This document shows, piece after piece, positions 54,884-62,264 of a stretch of DNA of 64,000 bases. Position 1 is the first letter of the stretch; every line of letters starts with the position of its first letter. The notes below the pieces were generated by a model. It worked only from the letters and a program-made list of their open reading frames with translations, did not search any database and had not been told where the DNA came from. The position numbers and the translations under genes were made by a program. The stretch covers positions 1 through 64,000 of IMG/VR virus record IMGVR_UViG_3300035703_000009; one strand, written 5' to 3'.

Positions 54884-56554
54884 ATGGCACGTACTAAAAT
54901 TTTCAGACGTTCAAGTGATAAGAACTTGGCCGCAACCTGGAAGCCAGTCCTTGAGAGCTATGGTGCAAATGTTGAAAAGACACCTTGGTTAGCAGAATAT
55001 GCTCACAACCACGGAATCTTCGACAACACTACTCCATTGTTCGAACAGGCTACTGCTCCCGGTCTATTCTTCCAACAACCAGCCTCTTTAGGCGGCTATG
55101 CTGGACAGATCTCCGCACCAACTAACTCGATGACTCCGTTCTCGGGTGGTGCAAAAAATGCATACGGTAACGTAGGCGACACCGTAGGTTCTGGTGACAA
55201 ATTTCCTTCATTGCTTCCTGTAGCTATCCAAGTTGCAGCTAAGACAATTGGATTTGACCTTGTTCCAGTTATCCCAATGGATTCTCCAGTAGGATTCCTT
55301 CCTTATCTTGATTACTTGTACACAGGTGGTCGTACAGATAAAGCATTTGATCCTTACATGGTAAAAGTTGTAGGAATCAACGCGAATGACTTCCCAGCTG
55401 GTCCAGCGTATGGTGATTCAATCACTGTATCTGGTAGTGGAGCTGGCGATTTCGATCTAGAATTCGTAGGCTACTCTCGTGTTGACGGTAACTTGATCAT
55501 CAAAATAGTTGCAGATAATGGCTCAAACATCATCGCTACTTCTCTTGAAGGTAACACTTTGACGATTGGAGTTGATACTTCAGCTACAGTTGATGCTGGT
55601 GCAGTACAATTAGTTTCTGCTCTTGAAAACCACATCTCTGGTTTCACTTCAGTATCTGATGATGACTATGCAAATTCTGGAAACTTTGTTGGTCCTTACC
55701 TTCCAACTACCGGAGCAGTTCCTGGTTCAATGAAGCGTGAAGCTTCTGAGCTTTCTAAGTTCCGTCAAATGGGCTTAAGAATGTTTACCAAATTCGTTGA
55801 GGCTGAAACTGATCAAGTTGCTATCTCTGCAACTGTTGAGCAGATCCAAGACCTTAACCGCGTTTGGAACTATGACGTTATCTCAATGCTTGAGAACGTT
55901 GCAGTTAACGACATCGCTCAATCAATCAACAAGCGTCTTGTAGACCGCGTGTTCACCCTTGCTGACGTTCACTCTAATGAAATCGATCTAGTTGAAGGTA
56001 CTGGAATCACTAACCTAGACTTAACTGCAGGTTCTGGTGGTTTCGAAAACATCTCAACTTTACAACGTAGAGTTGTTACCAAGATCCTTGAACTTGCTAA
56101 CTTGATCTACCACAGAGGTCGTTTCGGAGCAGCTTCTTACCTTGTTACCACAGGTCGTGTTGCTTCTGCTCTTGCAGACGTAGCTGGTTACTCAATCGCT
56201 CAAGTTCCATCTGACATGTCAACTACTGCAGGTCAATTGTACCCAGCAGGTAAAGTGTATGGCGTTCAGGTATATGTTGATCCTAACTTAAGTTGGGGAG
56301 ATACGCGTATCGTTCTTGGACGTAAGGGTGCTGACGAAGAACCAGGTGTTAAATTCATGCCTTACATCATGGCGGAATCACTTCAAACTATCGCTGAAGG
56401 AACAATGTCTCCTAAGATCGGTATGAAGTCGCGTTACGCTATCACCGAGGCTGGATGGCATCCTGAGACTCAGTATGTTAGCATGAACCTTCAAGGTCAA
56501 GACCTTGGTGTTCTAACTGGTAGCATCGCTCCACAGCCAAGCGGCACGCTATAA
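54884..56554 (+). CDS. gp23: major capsid protein (T4 gp23-like)
   Basis: W.PVLE, FDLVPVIPM.SP.G, EQIQDL, RGRFGAA, VYVDP, FMPY and SPKIGMKSRYA. Confidence 0.92.
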   Translation: MARTKIFRRSSDKNLAATWKPVLESYGANVEKTPWLAEYAHNHGIFDNTTPLFEQATAPGLFFQQPASLGGYAGQISAPTNSMTPFSGGAKNAYGNVGDTVGSGDKFPSLLPVAIQVAAKTIGFDLVPVIPMDSPVGFLPYLDYLYTGGRTDKAFDPYMVKVVGINANDFPAGPAYGDSITVSGSGAGDFDLEFVGYSRVDGNLIIKIVADNGSNIIATSLEGNTLTIGVDTSATVDAGAVQLVSALENHISGFTSVSDDDYANSGNFVGPYLPTTGAVPGSMKREASELSKFRQMGLRMFTKFVEAETDQVAISATVEQIQDLNRVWNYDVISMLENVAVNDIAQSINKRLVDRVFTLADVHSNEIDLVEGTGITNLDLTAGSGGFENISTLQRRVVTKILELANLIYHRGRFGAASYLVTTGRVASALADVAGYSIAQVPSDMSTTAGQLYPAGKVYGVQVYVDPNLSWGDTRIVLGRKGADEEPGVKFMPYIMAESLQTIAEGTMSPKIGMKSRYAITEAGWHPETQYVSMNLQGQDLGVLTGSIAPQPSGTL

Positions 56555-56583
56555 GCGAACCTTTTAGCTAAACTAGCTATATC

Positions 56584-56614
56584 AAAAAAGAGGACCCGTA
56601 AGTCCTCTTTTTTT
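56584..56614 (+). terminator. intrinsic terminator after the capsid gene
   Basis: AAAAAAGAGGAC-CCGTAA-GTCCTCTTTTTTT. Confidence 0.88.
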
Positions 56615-56625
56615 GTTTTAGCGGG

Positions 56626-56632
56626 ATAAATA
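56626..56632 (+). promoter_or_regulatory. late promoter ATAAATA
   Basis: 20 nt before ATG 56652. Confidence 0.72.
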
Positions 56633-56651
56633 ATAAAAACTTACAGATCAC

Positions 56652-57020
56652 ATGGCAACTATCATGTCAACTTTTTTGGGAATACAAGCACAGTTTAAAG
56701 TGCTACACTGGCAGACCCAAACCTACTCAAAACACATGGCCTATGGAGGCATATACGAGACTCTTGACGGACTAGTCGACGAGTTCATGGAAACTTACAT
56801 GGGCAAGCATGGTCGTATCGCTCTAGAAGGAGAAAAAGACGCAATCATCCTAAGCAACATCGGCGAGATGAAAATCGAGGACTTCCTAGAAACTCTTACA
56901 GGTTTCTTATTGTCCTTTAATAATCAACTAGATAGTAGCAAGGACAGCGATCTCCTGAACCTTAGGGACGAAATGTTAGGGGCAGTCAACAAGCTAAAAT
57001 ACTTGCTCACCTTAAAATAA
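56652..57020 (+). CDS. Dps/ferritin-like four-helix protein (DUF5856-type)
   Basis: LHWQT..YSKH.A....YE.L..LVDEF.E and NLRDEM....NKLKYLLTL. Confidence 0.8.
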   Translation: MATIMSTFLGIQAQFKVLHWQTQTYSKHMAYGGIYETLDGLVDEFMETYMGKHGRIALEGEKDAIILSNIGEMKIEDFLETLTGFLLSFNNQLDSSKDSDLLNLRDEMLGAVNKLKYLLTLK

Positions 57021-57029
57021 TAAGAAAAG

Positions 57030-57278
57030 ATGTTTGCAATACTCATACAATATGGAGCGCTTGGTGTCCTGATCCTTGGGTTGGGTGCAGCACTCTGGTA
57101 TCTACTTAAAAGGCAGATCGAAAACGAAGAAAAACTAAAGGCTAGACTCGATGCAGTCGAGCAAGACCTAGGCGATTATCTTAGAGCTGATCAGGGAAAG
57201 ATGCTGCAGGTGATTGAAAACAACACTAAGGCGCTAAAGGAACTAAGAGAAATAATCGTCAAATCCAATGAAGAATAA
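57030..57278 (+). CDS. putative holin-like membrane protein
   Basis: QYGALG-containing TM helix followed by a coiled coil; late operon. Confidence 0.5.
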   Translation: MFAILIQYGALGVLILGLGAALWYLLKRQIENEEKLKARLDAVEQDLGDYLRADQGKMLQVIENNTKALKELREIIVKSNEE

Positions 57279-57729
57279 AGTACTACTTCCGATCGTCTTT
57301 TTTGCGACCATTGCTGTTGCCATCGGGTACATAGCGGTCAGCGGTAAGAATCACGTAGATGCGGTCCAAGAGTCGGCTGTTCTAATTGAGCAAAGGGCTC
57401 AATTGAAAGACTCAGTCGTTAGCCTAGAATGCGTTAAGAAAGAGTCGATCAAAAAGCTAAAGGAGGCAGACTCAGTTCTCACTTCCCAAAATGAGCTGAT
57501 CACCAGCCAACAGAAAAAGATCGTCTCGCTCGACAAGGAGGCGAAGGTGGCAAAGGCCCAACCCAAGTCAGTGATGGCTATTGAGCCCAAGATAATCTAT
57601 GTGCACGACACGGTGTTCGTCACCGAAAAGAAAAACTTTTGGGGCAGGACCAAAAAGACAGTCGTCTCAGTGCAGGCCATCGACAGCGTGTTCAGCGAAG
57701 AGCAGGTCGATAGCTTAGAGACCAAATAA
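57268..57729 (+). CDS. membrane-anchored coiled-coil protein (i-spanin-like)
   Basis: N-terminal TM helix, long coiled coil, follows the holin-like gene. Confidence 0.45.
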   Translation: MKNKVLLPIVFFATIAVAIGYIAVSGKNHVDAVQESAVLIEQRAQLKDSVVSLECVKKESIKKLKEADSVLTSQNELITSQQKKIVSLDKEAKVAKAQPKSVMAIEPKIIYVHDTVFVTEKKNFWGRTKKTVVSVQAIDSVFSEEQVDSLETK

Positions 57730-57745
57730 AATAATTAACTAGCCA

Positions 57746-59518
57746 ATGTACTCATCTGGAATCGAAATACCTAAAGTCCAATTTTCTCTGATCGCTTTTA
57801 GCCAGATCGAGCCCGGAAGCTTTTTCTTGGGCTTTGACCTGGACAATGCAGGTACGCTATCAAAAATAGACAATACTGGAACCATTACTGTGATCGAGGG
57901 AGCCGGCGGAGGCAGCTCAATTATGATTGAGGACAGTGGGTTAGGCTCAACTGTTCGTATCAATAACTGTAATTCAGCAAGCAGTTGCTCTTCAACAGTC
58001 AGTGGCGGTTATTCAAACACTGCATCGGGTAATTATGCCACAGTTAGTGGCGGTTATTCAAACACTGCATCGGGTAATTATGCCACAGTTAGTGGCGGTG
58101 AGAGCAATACCGCATCGGTTTATCATTCCACAGTTAGTGGCGGTTTTGGCAACACGACATCGGGTGGTGCTTCCACCATTGGCGGCGGGTGTAGCAACAC
58201 GGCATCGGGTTATATTTCCACAGTTAGTGGCGGTAGCCAAAATACGGCATCGGGTTATAATTCCACAGTTAGTGGCGGTATATGCAACACGTCATCGAGT
58301 AGTTCTTCCACAGTCGGCGGTGGTGCGAGCAACACGGCATCGGGTTATTGTTTTTCCACAGTCAGTGGCGGTGTGGTTAACACCGCATCGGGTGCTGCTT
58401 CCACAGTGGGTGGCGGTAGCCAAAATACGGCATCTGGTGCTGTTTCTACAGTCGGTGGCGGATGTAACAACACGGCATCGGGTTGTTCTTCCACAGTGGG
58501 TGGCGGTAGACAAAACACGGCATCGGGTTGTAATTCAACAGTCAGTGGCGGTTGCGGTAATACTATTAATGCTTTTACAACATGTTTAGGTTATAGCGTA
58601 GTTGGAAATACCATAGGCGGTGGTCAACAAAATACAATAAATTCAAATAGCGCTTATAATGCAAATGCTGGTGGTGTTACAATAGCAGGCGGTTTTAACA
58701 ATACAACATGTTCAGGTTCTTATGGGTTTAATACCATAGGTGGTGGTCGTAGCAACACGTCATCTGGTGATTATTCCACAGTAAGCGGCGGAAATGCCAA
58801 CATGGCATCGGGTTATTTTTCCACATTAAGTGGCGGTTTTAGCAACACGGCATCGAATTCTTCTTCCACAGTCGGTGGCGGTAGCCAAAATACGGCATCT
58901 GGTGCTGTTTCAACAGTCGGTGGCGGATGTAGAAACACGGCATCAGGTTATTGTTCAACAGTCGGTGGCGGTTTTTGCAATAATGCATCGGGTGCTCGCT
59001 CTACTATTGGAGGAGGGTGTCGCAACACGGCATCGTGTACTTATTCTACAGTCGGTGGCGGTAGGAGCAACACGGCATCGGGTGCTTATTCCACAGTCGG
59101 TGGCGGTTTTTGCAACACGACATCGGGTTCTATTTCCACAGTTGGTGGCGGATATTGCAACACGGCGTCGAGTAATTCTTCCACAGTGGGTGGCGGATGT
59201 TGCAACACAGCATCTGGTGCTTGTTCCACAGTAAGCGGCGGGGTTAACAACACGGTATCGGGTGGTTATTCCACAGTCGGTGGCGGATGTAGAAACACGG
59301 CATCGGGTTGTAGAAGTTTTGTTGCAGGTGGTCAATGTAATAACACAAACAGTTGCAATGACGCTATGATAGTGGGCAGCTGTATCACGGCTGATCGCGC
59401 ATGTGCTACATTTGTCAATAACCTATCAATCAAGAGCATACCTACTTCGAGCGCGGGCTTACCTAGCGGCTCAGTCTGGCGGTGCACAGCTGACAATACT
59501 TTGCGTATCATTGCATAA
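57746..59518 (+). CDS. fibre/adhesin-like protein with Gly/Ser/Cys-rich beta-roll repeats
   Basis: About 29 copies of the 15-aa unit STV(S/G)GGxxNTASxxx; C-terminal PTSSAGLPSGSVW. Confidence 0.8.
   Translation: MYSSGIEIPKVQFSLIAFSQIEPGSFFLGFDLDNAGTLSKIDNTGTITVIEGAGGGSSIMIEDSGLGSTVRINNCNSASSCSSTVSGGYSNTASGNYATVSGGYSNTASGNYATVSGGESNTASVYHSTVSGGFGNTTSGGASTIGGGCSNTASGYISTVSGGSQNTASGYNSTVSGGICNTSSSSSSTVGGGASNTASGYCFSTVSGGVVNTASGAASTVGGGSQNTASGAVSTVGGGCNNTASGCSSTVGGGRQNTASGCNSTVSGGCGNTINAFTTCLGYSVVGNTIGGGQQNTINSNSAYNANAGGVTIAGGFNNTTCSGSYGFNTIGGGRSNTSSGDYSTVSGGNANMASGYFSTLSGGFSNTASNSSSTVGGGSQNTASGAVSTVGGGCRNTASGYCSTVGGGFCNNASGARSTIGGGCRNTASCTYSTVGGGRSNTASGAYSTVGGGFCNTTSGSISTVGGGYCNTASSNSSTVGGGCCNTASGACSTVSGGVNNTVSGGYSTVGGGCRNTASGCRSFVAGGQCNNTNSCNDAMIVGSCITADRACATFVNNLSIKSIPTSSAGLPSGSVWRCTADNTLRIIA
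57992..59346 (+). repeat. 45-bp (15-codon) degenerate tandem repeat in two blocks of about 13 units
   Basis: 58001-58045 is exactly duplicated at 58046-58090; the other units are degenerate. Confidence 0.9.
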
Positions 59519-59522
59519 AAAT

Positions 59523-59550
59523 AAAAAAGGAGAACTTAACGTTCTCCTTT
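59523..59550. terminator. intrinsic terminator between convergent units
   Basis: AAAGGAGAAC-TTAAC-GTTCTCCTTT hairpin; the longer T-run is on the minus strand. Confidence 0.8.
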
Positions 59551-59562
59551 GTATTATAAGGT

Positions 59563-59744
59563 GGGCAGCCTTTAACTTTGGAAATTAGAGATTATAAATG
59601 ATTTTTGAATTCTTACAGTTATACTCTTTGAAATCTTGAATCTTGAAGTTTGTACGGCAATATCATATCCGGCATCCTGATCAAGTATTGTTAAAACCAA
59701 ACGGTTTCGACGATAATTCTAGTTGCCTCAGTCTCCGGCTACCC
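59563..59744 (-). ncRNA. candidate about 180-nt RNA with closing stem and UUCAA repeats
   Basis: Ends GGGUAGCC / GGCUGCCC pair over 8 bp; internal UUCAAGAUUCAAGAUUUCAAAG...UUCAAAA; lies between a stop codon and a terminator. Confidence 0.5.
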
Positions 59745-59750
59745 TTTTCT

Positions 59751-60182
59751 TTAAATTTCTGTGGTATGATTAAACGTGTCCAGCTTTTCTTGGATAGATT
59801 CAATAGTCTGTTCCAACACCTCAACTTGTGTGTCCTTCCACTTGATGTCGAAGTGTGCTACCATTTCGATAGGTGTAGCTGAATCATAACGATTCGTTTG
59901 CTTACCCTTGTTTGTGCTGACTGATTGAATACGATTCATGTGGCTCTTTAGCTCAGACAAGGAAAAGATCTCAGATCGAACTGGAGCTGACGCCAGGTGA
60001 ATACGTGTCTTTAGACTGATTAGCTCGGAGGTCTCCTTATTGAGTTCTTCCCAAACTTTGTCCAGGTCATATGGAGTCTCAGACTCAGCTATTACTGAGT
60101 TGTACGAATAGATTTTCTGCCACAGCTTATTGATCTTAGCTGCCTTCTTGTTTTTCTCCTTTAGAGCTTGTGCGATTGTCAT
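59751..60182 (-). CDS. DIP1984/septicolysin-like helical protein
   Basis: MTIAQALK.K, L..LKTRIH and IESIQEKLDTFN..TEI. Confidence 0.65.
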   Translation of the reverse strand: MTIAQALKEKNKKAAKINKLWQKIYSYNSVIAESETPYDLDKVWEELNKETSELISLKTRIHLASAPVRSEIFSLSELKSHMNRIQSVSTNKGKQTNRYDSATPIEMVAHFDIKWKDTQVEVLEQTIESIQEKLDTFNHTTEI

Positions 60183-60197
60183 GTTTATTGATGGTTT

Positions 60198-60482
60198 TTA
60201 GTTTTCGTTGATTTTAGTCCATTCACCGGCTGGAGGAACCACTACTTCTTCATAATTTTTCCAAACACAAGGAGTTCCCTCCTTAACGGTTTCAGCACCA
60301 GTCGGTACTGCTAATAAGATCTGGCCGGTGTCGTCCTTAGCGATTGCCAAGAAGCCGAATCCTTCGCAAATGATCTCGGTGTATTCTTCGTTGTTTAAAC
60401 CATCCGCGATTTCAAGTATATCAAAGTCGTGCGGCATTTCTGGATCGTGTAGTTCGCAATACTGCTTGGAAAAGTCTGCCAT
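60198..60482 (-). CDS. hypothetical protein
   Basis: MADFSKQYC...ICEGFG; preceded by TAAAC-N17-TACAAT. Confidence 0.7.
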   Translation of the reverse strand: MADFSKQYCELHDPEMPHDFDILEIADGLNNEEYTEIICEGFGFLAIAKDDTGQILLAVPTGAETVKEGTPCVWKNYEEVVVPPAGEWTKINEN

Positions 60483-60500
60483 AGTTATGAGTGTTTAGCT

Positions 60501-60528
60501 ATTGTACTTGGTTTGGGTAAAGAGTTTA
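60501..60528 (-). promoter_or_regulatory. TAAAC-N17-TACAAT promoter
   Basis: Recurrent bipartite motif. Confidence 0.65.
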
Positions 60529-60580
60529 AATTTTGGCTAAAAATTATTAGAGATTACCGGTTAGGCCTGAGTCTACCGGA

Positions 60581-61942
60581 TCAATATGACTTAACTGCCA
60601 CTTTTTTAAGGTCTAGAAGGTCCTCCTTGTACATCTGGGAAGGATCCTTCTGCTTAATTGAGTCTAACTCTTTTTCTTTTTGAGCCACCTGTACGAGCAG
60701 TTCCTCGTATTTTTCCTTAGTCAAGGTATGGATCGGCATCGAGAGCAAGTATGAATAGGAACCGTCAATCTCGTCAAAGCCATTTGTTTGTAGATAAGCG
60801 ATGATGTCCTTACGTGGCACGTTATTGATCTTTAGCTTGCCATCAATGATCGATTTGATGAAGTTTGCACGGTTAGTGAGCAAGCTCAGCTCGGCTGAGA
60901 TGGTCGAGATTAGGTATGCCTTACGCTTATGATAGTAAGTCAGTCTAAACTTCACAAAGTAGTCGATGATCTCAGATGCAGAATTAAAGACTTTAAGCTC
61001 GCCGTTCTCGTCAAGCACCGTGAAATTTTCGCTCTGCTTTTCTTCCATCTTCAAGAATCGATCAAGTCGACCGCTGTCTTGTAACTGCTTAAGGTCTTCA
61101 CGACGAAACTTTAGCGTGTAGCTGATGTTTGACTTGCAGTTGTTTTCGTAACCAGCGACCCGTCGAGAGTCTTCTAAGTCGCTCAGATAGTTGTCAAACT
61201 TCTCATAAGTCATTGAAGGAGGTAGCTCAGAGATCTCGACAGTCGAGGTATTTTTTACCTCGTACTTGCCCTTAAATATCCACGACTTTTCGGTTTCTTC
61301 CACCTGAAAGCATCCACCGCTAAATCCATTGAACCATGGAGCAGGGTCCTTAAACGTTTTGCCCTCAAGCGATTTTAAGCAGGCTTCGATGAGCTCGACT
61401 GGGTTACGGTTTAGGATGTTAGTCGCAAAGCCGACTGCGATACCGCTGCCGCCATTAAGCAATATCGTTGGAATTACTGGCAAGAAGAACTTAGGTTCGA
61501 TCTCACAGCCCTCTTCCCAACGCGACTCCAGCAACTCAAAGTCCTTGTATAGAGACCTAAAGTTAGGGTGCAGTTTAGTTGAGATGTAACGTGGAGCGCC
61601 GGCTTCAGGCGAACGCAAGGAGCCGAACTGGCCGATTGCATCAAGCACTGGCATCGAGTTCTTAAAGGACTGGGCCATGCCGACTATCGCGCCGTTGAGC
61701 GAGCCGTCACCGTGATGGTAGTGAGCATCACTCGCGACTTTACCGGCCAACTGAAAGATCTTTAACGGTTTTTCGCTGCCGCTTTTCCAGACCCTATCGG
61801 CCACAAAGATGACCTTACGTTGAGTTGGCTTGAATCCATCGATCACTGATGGAATGGCGCGTTCTTCGACCACATAGATCGCATATTCTCGATAGTCTTG
61901 ATCGAGATATTGGGTGACTGTTTTTATTTCAGGCTTTTGCAT
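60581..61942 (-). CDS. gp52: type IIA DNA topoisomerase, breakage-reunion subunit (T4 gp52-like)
   Basis: RAIPSVIDGFKPTQRK, YHHGD, GAPRYI (catalytic Tyr) and GIAVGFAT. Confidence 0.93.
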   Translation of the reverse strand: MQKPEIKTVTQYLDQDYREYAIYVVEERAIPSVIDGFKPTQRKVIFVADRVWKSGSEKPLKIFQLAGKVASDAHYHHGDGSLNGAIVGMAQSFKNSMPVLDAIGQFGSLRSPEAGAPRYISTKLHPNFRSLYKDFELLESRWEEGCEIEPKFFLPVIPTILLNGGSGIAVGFATNILNRNPVELIEACLKSLEGKTFKDPAPWFNGFSGGCFQVEETEKSWIFKGKYEVKNTSTVEISELPPSMTYEKFDNYLSDLEDSRRVAGYENNCKSNISYTLKFRREDLKQLQDSGRLDRFLKMEEKQSENFTVLDENGELKVFNSASEIIDYFVKFRLTYYHKRKAYLISTISAELSLLTNRANFIKSIIDGKLKINNVPRKDIIAYLQTNGFDEIDGSYSYLLSMPIHTLTKEKYEELLVQVAQKEKELDSIKQKDPSQMYKEDLLDLKKVAVKSY

Positions 61943-62264
61943 CAGTTATAGGTACTTTAAAATAGTTATTTTTTACTAGATACTCATAAAGACCCTTAAG
62001 GTCTTCACAGATCGGAGTTTCGTCGTCGTGTGCAGTAAGATCAGCACGACCGACACCATCACCAACATAATCCTTTTCGTACATGAACCACATGAACCAA
62101 TCGAACCCATGGTCAGTTAATATACACGACCATAATTTGTGAACCAGATCGGCATATTGCTCGGTAAAATCATATAACTTGATGCCGAGTTGAAGTGCAG
62201 AATCTGTCCTTTCTGTTTGTTTTACCATGAGATCGGTAAGTTCTTTGAAGTGAGTAAACGTCAT
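61929..62264 (-). CDS. hypothetical protein between the topoisomerase subunits
   Basis: 111-aa ORF overlapping both neighbours; DWFMWFMYE. Confidence 0.7.
   Translation of the reverse strand: MTFTHFKELTDLMVKQTERTDSALQLGIKLYDFTEQYADLVHKLWSCILTDHGFDWFMWFMYEKDYVGDGVGRADLTAHDDETPICEDLKGLYEYLVKNNYFKVPITDAKA

Noticed and set aside
58002-59335. Long alternative-frame and antisense ORFs over the fibre repeats
   Set aside because: They are shadows of a 45-bp repeat that lacks stops in several frames and have no initiation context.
57992-59346. Possible CRISPR array or DGR template/variable repeat
   Set aside because: Units are contiguous, codon-phased and degenerate, with no unique spacers, cas genes or reverse transcriptase in the window.
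59643-59882. 79-aa plus-strand ORF over the candidate ncRNA
   Set aside because: TTG start downstream of a terminator, antisense to a better-supported gene, and no recognisable protein features.
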